64,000 nucleotides of DNA from Okamejei kenojei (lineage: Eukaryota): positions 17,918,001 to 17,982,000 of the forward strand of contig CM069159.1 of assembly GCA_035221665.1 (NCBI GenBank). The letters are read 5' to 3'. Under the pieces are notes generated by a model that saw only the letters and a program-made list of their open reading frames with translations, had not been told where the DNA came from and searched no databases. Both the position numbers and the translations under genes were made by a program. Below, piece after piece: positions 1-12,716 of this stretch. Every line of letters begins with the position of its first letter. Position 1 is the stretch's first letter.

Positions 1-839
1 AACAGGGATCTGGATTTGCAAGCGAGCCATCAGTTGTCCCAGAATAACTAGACCTCACGAGAGAATTTTTGGATTCTCACAAACAGAAATCCACCGCTGA
101 AAATCCTGCATTAAGCAACGTTGATGAATGATATCTATTAAAACCACTGCATCATAAAATCCCCACATAAGATTCATCTAATTTCCACTTAGTTCCAGGA
201 GAGCCAGACAAATTTGGTGCAAAAATGCTGGAAAAGTAGATAATTTTACCAGGTTGAAGCACATTTATTAATGATCATCACTTTCAATCAGTTGTCATCA
301 TCTTCCTATTTTGAATTTAATAAGATTTACAGTGCACAGATTACAATGCAGAAATCAATAGGAATCCAGAATGAGGCAGTAATAATGACGAGTAAAATTC
401 ATACTCCCGTACTGTTTGAAATCCAATGCAATTTGTTTTGAATGTCTTTAAATTAACATACCAAACTCAATTTTAAATTTAAATAAGTGTTTAACAAAGA
501 CGATAATATCAAGGTGGACAAGTGGGATAGACAAATGGAAGGAAGCTAAACTGCATGCATGAGTTAAGGATAAGACAGAGAGTTATATACAGACAATAAT
601 CTAAAAATCCTGTATCACAGTATACTAAACATTTGTTTGGCAATAAAAGTTTCAAAGGTCAGGAATTTACAGAGTATCCCTCTGACATCCATAGATTTCC
701 TATTGAAATACCCAAATGCACAGAAGCTCCGGGATGTATGTAATGGCAGTATGCTTGAAGCAAAGTTCTGGTTGGAAACTATGATGGGTCCTGACCTCAA
801 AGATGTGACTTTAGATTGCATTGCCAATGACAGGGATGA

Positions 840-1475
840 TATAATGGGATTGATTGGAACACGTATAGAATTTGTGGAAGAAAAATCATTTTTATGGCGT
901 TTATTCGACCTATTAAGGACATGGGAAGCGTTTTCCAGAATTTAATTAAATTATGTAGTTTCTTAAGTACAGGGTTATAGTTTGCTTTAAACATGTCTTG
1001 ATATCTTCTAGTAATTTCAATACCCAAGTATTTAAATTTTTCCTCAGCTATTTTAAAGGGAAATTGTACGAGATGTGTAGAATATTTTGGTTTTATTGAC
1101 ATGATTTCACTTTTATTCCAGTTTATTCTATAACCTGAAAATGAACCAAAATCCTCAATTAAATTTAAAATGCTGGGTATAGTGATATGAGGCTTTGTGA
1201 TATACAAAAGTACATCATCAGCATATAATGATATTTTATTGTTTAAATATTTTGTCTTATATCCATGAATATTCGGATGAGTTCCAATACTTTCCGCTAG
1301 TGGTTCAATTATGAGGGCAAATAACAATGGTGTAAATGAACAATCTTGTCTATTACCCCTTGACAGTTGAAATTTAATGGATAAAATATTATTAGTTAAT
1401 ATTCTGGCCGTTGGCTTATTATATATTAATTTAATCCATTTATTGTTTCATCTCCTATTTTCATATGCTCCAGAA
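840..1475 (-). mobile_element. L1 ORF2 reverse transcriptase fragment
   Basis: ORF 797-1327 contains LFALIIEPLA, SLYADDVLLYI, SGYRINWNKSE and FKYLGI, closely matching the L1 ORF2 at 30548-31780. Confidence 0.92.
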
Positions 1476-2101
1476 ATGTCCAAAATAATGCAAATGTAAA
1501 GGAAGCAAATGGAAACTTTCAATGCAAACTTGTAAATACCATTAAGCATTAATTTATATCTGAATGGATTGGATCTATTTACTTATGACATGTCTTTGTA
1601 AATATCATAACTTCAACCCATGGTTTGCATTTTAATCGTGCTCCTCCTCGAATAATGGCATGGAATGTTTCTAAAAGGGCAAGCAAATACTGGAAGACTC
1701 TTCCTGGCTGCACGATTACTTCATTACTGGTGAGCTCCAAATCCTCCAAGCCCCTGAAACACATGTCACCATAGTCAATCTCCAAATTTAGCTGCTGCTG
1801 CCTGTAAAATGTAACAGCATGAAGTTTGTACCATTGCATGAGTGAGACAAATCTCTGAATGTTGTGTATGAATCCCGATCAATAGAGATTGTGAGAAGGT
1901 AGGTCATGGGATTGGGATTGGGTCGAATGCACCAATCAGTGTCTAAGGTTTGTGTTGCAGTTGGTGGAATTATGATATTTTATGATTCATTCATTCACTC
2001 ATAGATGAAGGAACATTGATAGCTTTGAACTAAGCTGTTAAATTATCAAAGCAAACAGAATCATGCAAAATGGAAGAGGAATTATAAAAATATTTTAAAG
2101 C

Positions 2102-2400
2102 AGGGTGGCACAGTGGAGCGGCAGTAGATTTACTATCTGAAGGTTCCAGAGACCCAGGTTTGACTGTGACTATGGATAATGTCTGTACAGAGTTTGTACA
2201 TTCTCCTTGTGGCCGTGTGGGTTTTCTCTGGCTGCTCTGGTCTCCTCTCACACTCCAAAGAGTACAAGTTTGTCAGATAATTGGCTTCAGGAAAATTGCA
2301 AATTGTCCCTGGTATGTAGGATAGTGCTAGTGCACGGGTCGGTGCGGAAATGGTGAACCGAAGGGCCAGTTACTGCCCTCTATCTCTAAAGTCTAAAAGT
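2102..2400 (+). mobile_element. HE1-like tRNA-derived V-SINE
   Basis: tRNA-like head (ggtggcacagtgg...gacccaggtttga), V-domain-like gtttgtacattctcc...gtgggttttctc, CR1-like 3' tail ending tctctaaagtctaaa. Confidence 0.85.
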
Positions 2401-2779
2401 CGGAGAGTCTAAAACAAAATAAAATTGAACTGAAACACACAAGAAGACAACTGAGCAACAATAACTAAAATTATATAATGTTTCTTACCCTTAATCCTTG
2501 GATCTGTTCTCCTTGACTGAAGTGAAAGATGGTGAATTCTCTGGGCCAGATCTAACCACCCAAACCCTCCCTGGATTAGGGAGTAGAATTAAAGTATTAC
2601 TTGTGAACAGCTAATGCCAAAGGGCAGGAATTCTGTGTTTGTGCATGAATGTGAGGATATTTAGCACCTTGCAGGGAAATGAAGATTACACAGGAATCCT
2701 AGCAAAATATGAACAATTGGGGTTGTCTCTAATAATGGCAATTATGCAGTCTGCATTAAATTTTAGTTTTGTTTTAATT

Positions 2780-3310
2780 TAAGAAATACATTATAAAACA
2801 GGCCCATCAGCATACTGAATTCATGCTGACCATTGATCAATTGTTCATGTGGTTATTCCACTTTCATATCCACTCCCCAAACACTCAGGGCAATTACATT
2901 TACAGAGGCCAATGAACCTACAAATCTGCACATCTTTGGGGTGTAGGATGAAATCAGACCACCCAGAGAGTGCTTGAAAATCCTGCATTAAGCAACAGTG
3001 TAAACTGATATTTATCAAAGCCATTAACATCAATAAAGTCTCCTCATAAGATTAATCAAATTTACACTTAATTTCAAGAGACCCAGACAAATTCTAAATG
3101 CAAAGATACTGGAGGAGTAGGCAAACTCCACACAGACAGCAGGCAGGATCAGGATCAAGGGTCTCGACCCGAAACGTCGCCTATCTCCTTCGCTCCTTAG
3201 ATGCTGCTGCACCCGCTGAGTTTCTCCAGCTTTTTGTGTACCCAGGATCAGGATCAAAGCTGAGTCTCTGGCATTGTGAGTAAGCATCTCTACCAGCTGT
3301 GCCACTGTGC
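2780..3310 (-). mobile_element. HE1-like SINE interrupted by two insertions (2975-3120 and 3159-3242)
   Basis: Collinear minus-strand SINE segments 3310-3243, 3158-3121 and ~2970-2780. Confidence 0.75.
3159..3242 (+). mobile_element. Penelope terminal mini-insertion with 15-bp TSD
   Basis: gggtctcgacccgaaacgtcgcc...ctccagctttttgtgtacc, flanked by caggatcaggatcaa at 3144-3158 and 3243-3257. Confidence 0.85.
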
Positions 3311-4821
3311 AGATCTCATCAGGCTGAAGCTTTAACTTTTTTATTCCCTCTGCACAGATGCTGCCTGATCTGATGTGTATCTTGAGTATTTTCTGTTTGT
3401 TGAAACCATTTTCTGTTTCATTTCATTTTTCCTGAATTTGCAACGTTTTTGTTTTTGATTGATCAGCACTTCATATGGTGATGTTAACCTTGATCTTCAG
3501 CATTCTGGAGTTGGCCTTTCTCCTTGAAACATTGCCAAATAAAGTGATTTATTTAAAAGCTATTTTGGACTTCAGGGAAATCATTGCTTTCATATCCATA
3601 AAGACTTGACTTTGGTCTTCACCTTGGTGATTCCCAGATTAATTAGCAAGAAGATACAGCCTTAAACAAAAATCAGTGCAGAATGTGTACAAGCACTAGT
3701 AATTTCTGCTGTATGGCTATCATTGTAGGTGCAGGATTGTCATGCAATGTATGACTTTGGTACACCACTTAAAGTTCGGAGCATAAGTCTATCTCATGGC
3801 TGTTTTCATTTGCTTTTATTCATTACTTTAGTTGCATTAAAGTAGAAAGGATTACACCTGCTACTGAGAGTTTGGCTTAAGAAGTCAAAAAGAAACTATT
3901 GATCCATGTGAAATAGGCCTACATGTTTATCCAATATTATCTATATCAACTACTTCACTCTGACTGTGTCTGTCATCACTTGGGAGTTGATTCTCTCACC
4001 TAAGGTATTGCATGATAGGCATGATAGCCCATTACTACCAGTGGCTATTTCACTCTCACTCATATCCACTTTGGATCAGGTTGATCCAGACTAAATATGG
4101 TTCCTGTTGGAGTCAAAATAGTGTGATCACGGACAGTGGTATCTGTTCGGGTATAATGAAGGGGTTGAGAGCAGTCAAAGTTTGAAATTCAAACTCGTAT
4201 CCTTCCAGAGATGATCCTTAATCATTGCTGACGAGGAGATGGAAAGAGCAAACATGTCCATGTAGACATTAAAAATTTATGCTGACTAGAAATTCCTCAC
4301 TGTAAGGAAACCTGTCCTTTCTGTACCACATTACCTTTTGATATTTCTTCCTCTTTCTTAAATAATCTTGCATCAAAGTTTTCATCCGATTATTTTCTGT
4401 AAAAAGGTTTTCCTGGGCTCCTTCACAAATCAGAGTGAGGCACATCTAGACTGAGAGGGCTCCGAACTATTAATCAACACCAGTGATGAATGTGGCTCTG
4501 AGAGATCTTGCACAACAAACAATGCAGCAGGGTTTGAGAAACGCTTTTTCATTCAAGCTTTGTCAGCTTCAGCGACAAAAGTAATTACTTTGTTCTCCTT
4601 CTGCTTAATCTCCTTTATGAGAATTTCTTTTATAATCGGTTCAGATTGTTTGGAGAAAGCACTGTTATGATCTAAGTTGTTTGCAACTTCCATGCTGTCT
4701 TGAGACAATGCCAGCAGACGCTGTGTGCAGATACCAAGAATGGGGCATCATTAGAAAGACCAATATTTATTACCCATTCAGAACTGTTCTGGTGTAGGAA
4801 GGAACTGCAGATGCTGGTTTC

Positions 4822-5568
4822 GTAATCAAAATAATCATAATCATAATCATACTTTATTGTATGTTTTGCAACATACGAGGAATTTAATTTGCCATACAGT
4901 CATTACATTAAAAAGCAACAAAACACACAAAATACATTTAACATAAACATCCACCACAGTTCCACATTCCTCACTGTGATGGAAGGTGAAAATAATGTTT
5001 AATCTCTCTCCTTCTTTGTTCTCCCGCGGAAGGGGCACTCAAACCTTCCGTTGTCGGGGCGATCTTGGCTCCCGCAGCCAGCTTTTGAAGCCTCTGGATC
5101 GGGGCGATCAATCTCTCTCATCGGGGGGATCTCAGCTCCCCTGTGCTGAGTGATTGGACCCTGGGTCCGAGTTAGTTAAACCTTTTGCGACTTTGGAACT
5201 TCCCGACATCAGTCTCCACCCAAGACTGCGAGCTCCTCGATGGTGAAATCCGCAGGCCGCGATTGAAGAATCGATCCCAGGCAAGGGATCGCAAACTCCG
5301 ATGGTCAGTCCGCGGCCCAGTGGTCGGCCCAAAGTCAGTCCCGAACAAGGCCTCCAGCTCCATGATGTCAGGCCACAGAACAACGGGAGATACGATCTGG
5401 AAAACAATGCATCTCCGGCAAGCTAAGAGATTGAAAACAAGTTTCCCACCCCCACATGAAACAAACCAGAGAACTTTAACACATACTTTTAAAACACACT
5501 AAAAATAACAAATAAGACGAAAAGACAGACAGACCGTTGGCGAAGCTGCCATCGCTGATGACGCCATC
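4822..5568 (-). mobile_element. Non-autonomous retroelement with Rex/Babar-like ends, nested in a Penelope terminal repeat
   Basis: (taatca)n tail followed by tttattg, CpG-rich body, both ends shared with 50005-50430. The Penelope repeat is split into ~4794-4820 and ~5569-5662. Confidence 0.6.
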
Positions 5569-6134
5569 CAAAGGTGGACACAAAATGCTGGAATAACTCA
5601 GCAGGACGGGCAACTGGATAGAAGAAATGCTGGTCGTTTCAGGTCGAGACCCTTCTTCAGACAACTGAAGAATAGTTCTGAATAATTGTGGAGAAGGTGG
5701 GGATGAATTGCACATTGGACCCTGCATCCCAATGTGGTGAAGGTGCTCCCATTGTGCCAGAATGCAGGGAATTCCAGGATTTTCACTCACTGACAAAGAA
5801 AGAATGACAAAATATTCCCTGGTCAAGGTATACCATGATCTAGAAATGGTGGTGTTCCCATCCACTGAAGCTGTTTAAATAAATGCTGTCCAAGAAGTCT
5901 TGGTGACACTAATAGAAAGAATAAATGCTTACAGTGATGTATGACGTGGTTTCTTAAATAGTTACTCAGTCATGAAACTTCATTCAGCATTTTAACAAGG
6001 GATAATTCAAGGTTTTTCCTGTCATCAATACGAACGAGAAGAGAAAATAATTGATGTGGTTATGAAAGTGGATTAATTCGTCCATGTGAACTTCACTTCA
6101 CAATCCATCTTTCTTTGGTATTGGTTTATTATAA

Positions 6135-6275
6135 AGTCATAAGGAATAGGTGTATAATTAGGCCATTCGGCCAAACAAGTCTACTCCGCCATTTAATCAT
6201 GGCTGAACTATCTCTTCCTCCTAACTCCATTCTCCTTGCCTTTGCCCCATAATCTCTACACCTGTACTGATCAAG
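6135..6275 (-). mobile_element. CR1/HER1 LINE 3' tail fragment
   Basis: ggccattcggcc...ctactccgccatttaatcatggctga matches the reverse complement of the CR1 tail at 21190-21290. Confidence 0.75.
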
Positions 6276-6723
6276 TACAGTACTTAGATACTTGAAAGAG
6301 CTTTTGTTTACGTGCTATCAAATCAAATCTGATAATATTCTACATAGATACAATCAAGCCATTTACAAGTAAAATTGTGGAGCGATTATATCGGATGTAG
6401 CAGATCCTCATCTGGGATCAGCAGGCATAGAAATGCCACTCTCCTTTACCGTTGTGCATCATTAATCCTAAACGTGTGGGATTTGCTAATTATGATAGAC
6501 GGATCTGAGGTAGTTAAAGTGCGCGAAAGACAAGGATGACTGAATGTGTGCAAAGGCAAAGCCATTGAGGCTTAATAGAATCTGACTATAAACAGAGATA
6601 TGTGGTCTGGAATGAGGCACTTGTGAACCGCCTTTCACAATGTCGCATAGCATTTTGCAGACAATGAGGTGCATGTGTTTTAAAGTGACTCAACGTTGAA
6701 AATAAAGAGGCATTTGTGCACAA

Positions 6724-6960
6724 GATAGACGCAAAGTGCTGGAGGCAAGCAGCATTTCTGGAGTAAAAGGATGAGTGATGATTTGGGTCAGGACCATTCT
6801 TGAGTCTGAAAGTAAAGGGGAGGGAACTGGGGGGTAAGAAAAAGCCAGAGCAAAGGCCTTTGCTTTCAGTCTAAAAAAGTGCCCCGACCCACAACCTCAC
6901 CCATCCTTTTGCTCCAGAGATGCTGCCTGACCTGTTGAGTCACACCAGCACTACCTATCT
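6724..6960. mobile_element. Inverted pair of Penelope terminal repeats
   Basis: Minus copy ~6724-6805 and plus copy ~6866-6960 of the agagatgctgcctgacc...gagttactccagc unit. Confidence 0.7.
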
Positions 6961-8464
6961 TCAGTTCCTACTATACAGTTGTGCACAGCAGGGTCCAAAA
7001 TGGCTTAATGATCTTATAGTTTACCTTCAACTTCACTGCAGAATGATTATTGCCCAGGACAGCAGGAAAATACTTTTGGATCCTCCAGAGATTGATTTTA
7101 ATGTTATTTCACACGACCAAGAGCGGCTGAGCTTAAACATTTCAAGTCAAAGATACGATCTCTGTGGAACAACAATTCCGTCCAAGCCCACGGGATTGTC
7201 TGCAAAAGATTCTGTTCTAATTGTGAGAGTAATTCTTAGAGCCGTCAGACTCTGACGCCACAAGAATGCTCCCAAATGATCCATGCTTAATTTGAAACAT
7301 TGCAGGAAGTGCCTCATGTGACTTTCAGCACTGTTTTTATTTGGAAGGCATTGCCTGGCACAACGACCTACAAATGCAACAACTAAGTCGGTAATTACAC
7401 ATGAAAGCCCCAGAGAAAGAGTTGGACCCTCTCGCCTTCTCATGATTTGCATAATGAAGTAAATATTGTCACAAATAACGCAAGCAGAATGCACAACGGG
7501 TTATGTGCCTTATTGAAGGCTTCCTTGCGCAGATCTTAGCAGAAAAACTTAACACAGATGCAATTCAATGCCCTCTGTCACACACCTGCATAAGACACCA
7601 CCTCAAAGGTGGATCCCTCTGCAAAGTTAGAATGTTCATGGAAGCTAAAAAGCACAATTGAACTTGCGTCCCAGTTTGGAATTGTTGGCACATGTTAATA
7701 ATGCTGTAGACCTTAGTACAAGCATTGAGTTTCTCCATGTTCCTACATGAACTTGGTTCTGTTTGTGAGACATCTGACCCAGAAAAAAAAATTGTCCATC
7801 GTCTGCATGAGGCATTAGACAATGGTCAGCTCTTTCCAGTAGTATTGAAGTGGCCGAGTTTGGTCTCAAAATTATAAATTGTACACTTAATGCAAAGGGT
7901 TAAAACAATATATATGAGGAGGAGCCAATAGCAGTAGGCTTCATTTTTTTTCTGTGATGGAAATAAATTGTGTTGATTTTGCTGAGAATATTTTTTTCAG
8001 AAAATCTGAACTGTTTTAAAATCTGGATTAATTAGTACTCCCAGAATAAAGCATTTGCGCAGTTTGATATTAGAGGATTTTATATTAAAGCATTTCAACA
8101 GATGTTGGTTGATATCTTTCCTCCCACGTATTTGTCTCGAGTGCTACTTCTGGACAAAGTGGAAGCTCATAAGAATGGTCTGTTTTTAAGATATGCTGCA
8201 AGGTTTTGAAAGGGATAGCTCTGTCAATATCAGTAGATGTTGAAAAAATGTCAAGATTTTTCTGGATGTGGAATTTAAAAATAACCTAGAGATCCCTGCA
8301 TTATTTTGGGTACAATCAATTCAATTATGTATTTCCAATATGAATTTCCAACCGCTAAAACAAAACACACAGCAGGGCTGATATGACTAACGATCACCAG
8401 TCTATTGTTCTTTAGTATTCAATATTATGAGGAGTATGAAGTGAAGTGGTTGAGAGTCAGACTG

Positions 8465-8775
8465 GTCAGAAAGAGGCTCCATGGCCCACTGAGTTCCAGC
8501 GAACCATCAAATACCATAACACACATCTCCTGTATGTGAATCTTATTTTATTATCCCCAAGTGACTATCAAACTTGCTTCACTCTGTACCATTCACCAAT
8601 ATACAAGGGGTAATTAACAGCAGCCAATTATATTATCACCTCGCGTGTCTTTGAGCTGAGGGAGCACCTGGAGGAAATCCATGTGGTCACAGGGAGAATG
8701 TGCAAACCCCACACCGATAAAGAAGCGGTTAGAATTTAACCCAGTTCACCGGAGCAGTGAGGCAGTATCTCCACT
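8465..8775 (-). mobile_element. Diverged HE1-like SINE
   Basis: gagcacctggaggaaatccatgtggtcacagggagaatgtgcaaacc is the reverse V-domain. Confidence 0.7.
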
Positions 8776-8923
8776 TATTAAGAAGATTCTCCCGGAATAT
8801 TGTTTGAAAATTTGTGTTACATTTTCTCCTTTAATATTATGACTTTTCTAGGGTAAAGGGATTATCAGCATCAAGCACTTCCTGTTTGGCGTATGGCTCG
8901 CTTAACTTTTAATTTCAGTATGG

Positions 8924-10650
8924 TTCCAGTGCAGGACTCTACGGGACTTTTGGGGCCTTTTAAATTTTTTTTCGTGACGATGTAAACAATGTATTCTTAA
9001 TTCCCCGCAAGACCCTGCATCTCCATCTCAGTGAATCCCAGATGCAGGGTGAAGGAACTTGTGCATCATTCCATACAATTATCTTCACCTATTAATCCAA
9101 CAAGTGGCTGGATTGATACATTGCCAGTATGAAAGCAAGGAAATTGTTGAATGTAGTAAGAAGCTAGGAAACCTTGGGAGCAAAAAAAAAACAGAGCCTC
9201 TCGAGGAACTCAGTGGGTCAGTTAATAATCTGCATCAGGAAATAGATAGTCAAGGTTTCGAGTTGATATCCTTCATCTGGACTGATAAGAGTAGACGTGA
9301 AGCAGCCAGCATGAAGAGGAAGAGATGTAGGTTTAAAACAAAGATAGAGACAAAATGCTGAAGTAACTCAGCGGGACAGGCAGCATCTCTGGTAAGAAGG
9401 CATGGGTGACGTTTCAGGTCAAGACCCTTCTTCACACAGAGGAAGGGGGCGGGGCACGAGCTAGCAAGTGATAAGTGGATACAGGTGAGGTGGGGTTCAT
9501 TGATGCTCACAGTCAGGTGGGGAGGGATGAGCGGAGAACAAACGACTGGACTGCATAAGAAAGAAAGGTTAAGAGAGGAGGCAATCAAGGAGGTATAATG
9601 ATACAAGGAACTACAGCTGCTGGAATCTTGAGAAATACAGGAAACATTCTGGAGGAACTCAGCAGATAAGGCAGCATCTGTGGAGGGAATGGACAGATGA
9701 TGTTTCAGTTCAGGTGTGTTCTTCAAACTGCTTGAGTAAGAAGGTACGGTGCAGGTCGGAACTGGGGAGAGGATGGGATCAAGCGGGAATAGTCTGAAGG
9801 TGATGGGAATATGAGGTAGGTATGGGCAGGGGAAAGAAACAGGGTGATGGGGACGTGGGTGGCAGTATTGTGGGAAGAAGTGTGTGTGTGTGAGATGGCC
9901 AGGGGAAAAGGAAGGAAGTAAAGAATTCAATGGTCATGGTTTGAGTTGTAGACCCTCCAACCAGAATATAAGGTGCTGTTCCTTGAGTCTATATTTGGCT
10001 GCACTCTGGCAACAGGAGAAGGTGAGGACAAGCTGGGTTGGCTTGTATCTATGCTGTTAATTCTCTGTCTTCATCCAATTTATTTGATGTTCAAAAGCAG
10101 ATTGGTGTTAATTTATTAATTTCTTCTGCAAGGTAGAATTCGAATGCTGAACTGAATTGAATGTTAGGCGATGTACATAATAGTGCAATGTGTGAACATT
10201 TTTAGATGATTGAGAAAGTAATTTAAAATATCATTCTGGATTATTTTGAAGCCCTCTCTGAGAAGTAATGTGATGATGCGTAAGTACCCTTGAAGCATGG
10301 AGACTCCCATGATTTATTACTTTTACAGATACACTGGACTGCGTAATATCCCATTGGTGTGCTCTATGTGATTTTACCTCAGTGAAAAAAAAAACTAATG
10401 GAAAACAAGGGACTTAATACAACCAGTCCATGAAATTCCCTTTGGGTTCTCAATGCATTTAATTGGATAATTAAAGGGCTTCTCAGTTGCATTCAACAGC
10501 TACCAATGATAGCTGGACTCCACATGAGTGGTTGTCATTCATACAGAGTGGTCCATCCATGCTCTCTGAGGGCCATCCATGTTGAAGAATGCTTCGGTGT
10601 CACTCAAACAGGACTCATCTGATCAAGTCCCGTAGAGTCCTGCACTGGAA
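8924..10650. repeat. Perfect 26-bp inverted repeat (arms 8924-8949 and 10625-10650)
   Basis: ttccagtgcaggactctacgggactt is the exact reverse complement of aagtcccgtagagtcctgcactggaa. Confidence 0.95.
9170..10030 (-). mobile_element. Cluster of degraded Penelope 3' regions and terminal repeats
   Basis: Three terminal-repeat copies (~9190, ~9330, ~9605), a purine-rich UTR, and ccagaatataaggtgctgttcc matching the GIY-YIG C-terminus (EEQHLIF). Confidence 0.7.
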
Positions 10651-11037
10651 TATAAAGGGTGGGTTTGGTTTCAGTGAAATACTGATTCTGTCTGGCCCTC
10701 AACACCCTCTCCTTCCTGCTTCCAGTAAAAACTGAAGCTTTGCCTGACCTCTGCAAACTCACCGACTTGTTCAAGCCACGTAAATCGAACACAGTCCCAG
10801 CAACAACTGACTAATCTTTTTCCATTGCACCTCAGATACACTCTCTAGAATTGTTTGTACTTGCAGATGAGTGACCTCCACCACAGCTCCATCAAAGAGC
10901 CAGATGATCTATCAGATCAGGGCCCTGCTTTCAAGGATGCGATCCCTTATATTAAATAAGTGTTCCTACTCGAAATGCTGCCTGTCCATTCCCTCCCCAA
11001 ATGCTGCTGACTAGCAGAGTTCTTCCAGCACTTTGTT

Positions 11038-11357
11038 TTTTAGTTTAGATTGGCTTGGTTTAGTTCAATTTAGTTTGAGATACAGTGTGGAAACAGGCCT
11101 TTTGGCCCACCAGGTCCACACTGACCGAGCAATCGCTCTGCACGCTTGTTCTATCCTACACACTTGGGACAATTTACAGGAGGCAAATAACGTAAAAATC
11201 TGCACGTCTTTAGTATGTGGGAGGAAACCAGACCACCCTGGAAAAACCCACGTGGTCAAAGGGAGAATTTACAAACTCCCTAATGACAGCACCCCTAGGC
11301 AGGATCGAGTTCTGACGCTGTGAGGCAACAACTCTACAACTGTGCCATTGTGCCGCC
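11038..11357 (-). mobile_element. HE1-like SINE
   Basis: (tttag)n tail, gaaacaggccttttggcccac, V-domain and head ending tgtgccgcc. Confidence 0.85.
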
Positions 11358-12289
11358 TGTTCTTTGCTGACATTTCCAGCATTTGCAGTTTCTCATGTCT
11401 CCATAAAATTACTGACACATTTTACCTCTGATTATGCTGCGAACATTGACCCATGTCCCTCCCCTTCCCCCAACCCACCTTCTATCTGCCTCCAACCCCT
11501 GTATTTCCTAATAACTGATGCTCAACCTAAAAGCTCTCACCAGCCTTTGTCATGAGTCCTCAGTCGAAAGTTCGCCCTTGAACTCTCCAATGTCTGACAT
11601 TTTCCCTCACTCCCTGGGTCTTGCTGCAGGCCCTGAATATACCGAACTTTCTTTCTGGTGAAGTTTTGGATATGATGCACTGGGTCTCATATTAACTTCC
11701 CAAACAACCAGCACTTGTACAGAGTGTTTCTTCACTGACACAATGTGAACTACCTGTTTAGCATGTTTTTTTTCAGCATAACCTACTTCTTTCTAGATAT
11801 TTGTTCTTCATTAAAAACGGCAATGAACACAGCTAAATAATCTCACGATCAACAGATCAGATCAAAGCTCCTGCACCACCTGGTCATGAATGATAGTGTA
11901 GCATTAAATAGCTCAAGGAAGGAGGAGGTTTGAATACTCTTTTTCAACAGTGACGGTTAAATACAATATTGAATCATCGACACCCATCTTCAGCCAGAAA
12001 TGCTGAGTGGATTATCCACCCCAACTTTCTCATAGGATTCCCCAAGATCACAGTGGGCAGTCTTCAGCAAATATAAACTCCCTCTTTGTTTTATCAACAT
12101 AGAGCATTTGACACATTAAAGGCTATGGGACTAAACAACCTTGGAGCTGTAGTACTGGGAAGACCATCACATCCTTGCACTCCCCACCATCATCATTTGG
12201 AAATCTATTCCTCTTCCTTCATCCTTCCTGGAACCCTGTCAAAGCATATTGCATGTGTACCTTCAGCTGCTGGAGTTCAATAAGGCATC

Positions 12290-12716
12290 TCGCTACCATT
12301 GACTCCATCGACACTTCACGCTGCCTCAGGAGACCCAACATAATCAAAGATCTTTCAAAACCTGGTTATATTTTCTTCTCCCCACTGCCATGAGGCAGAA
12401 GACACTGAAGTTTGAAAGTGCACACCTCCAAATTCAAGAAACAGCATCTTCCCTACTGTTAAAAGGCTTCTGAAGGTCCTTCCATAAGTTAGGGTACAGT
12501 CTGATTCTCCTATATCTCACTGTGGACATTGTCTCTCAGCTGTTGAGCTATAATGCTGAGAATTGTATTCTACACTCTGTCCCTTTGCTCTAAATTATTG
12601 GACATGATTTTGGCTTGATTGTATTTATGTATAAAAGTGTCTAATTTGATTGGTTAGCATAGAAACAAAAGTTTATCACTGTACCTCAATACACGTGACA
12701 TTAATGAAATTAAACC
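12290..12716 (+). mobile_element. Degraded Rex1/Babar LINE 3' end
   Basis: Residual coding similarity to SRCL..IIKD..HPG..FSPLP.GRR, as in ORF 46243-46536, followed by a tcactgtacctc...gtgaca tail. Confidence 0.7.

Noticed and set aside
250-300. TGATGA/CTGA motifs on the minus strand as a C/D snoRNA
   Set aside because: Box spacing is wrong and there is no terminal stem.
8924-10650. The 26-bp inverted repeat as TIRs of a Tc1/hAT transposon, or as a miR-99/100 sequence
   Set aside because: No TA or 8-bp TSD and no transposase remnant; only cccgtaga matches miR-100 and there is no local precursor hairpin. A TIR origin is not fully excluded.
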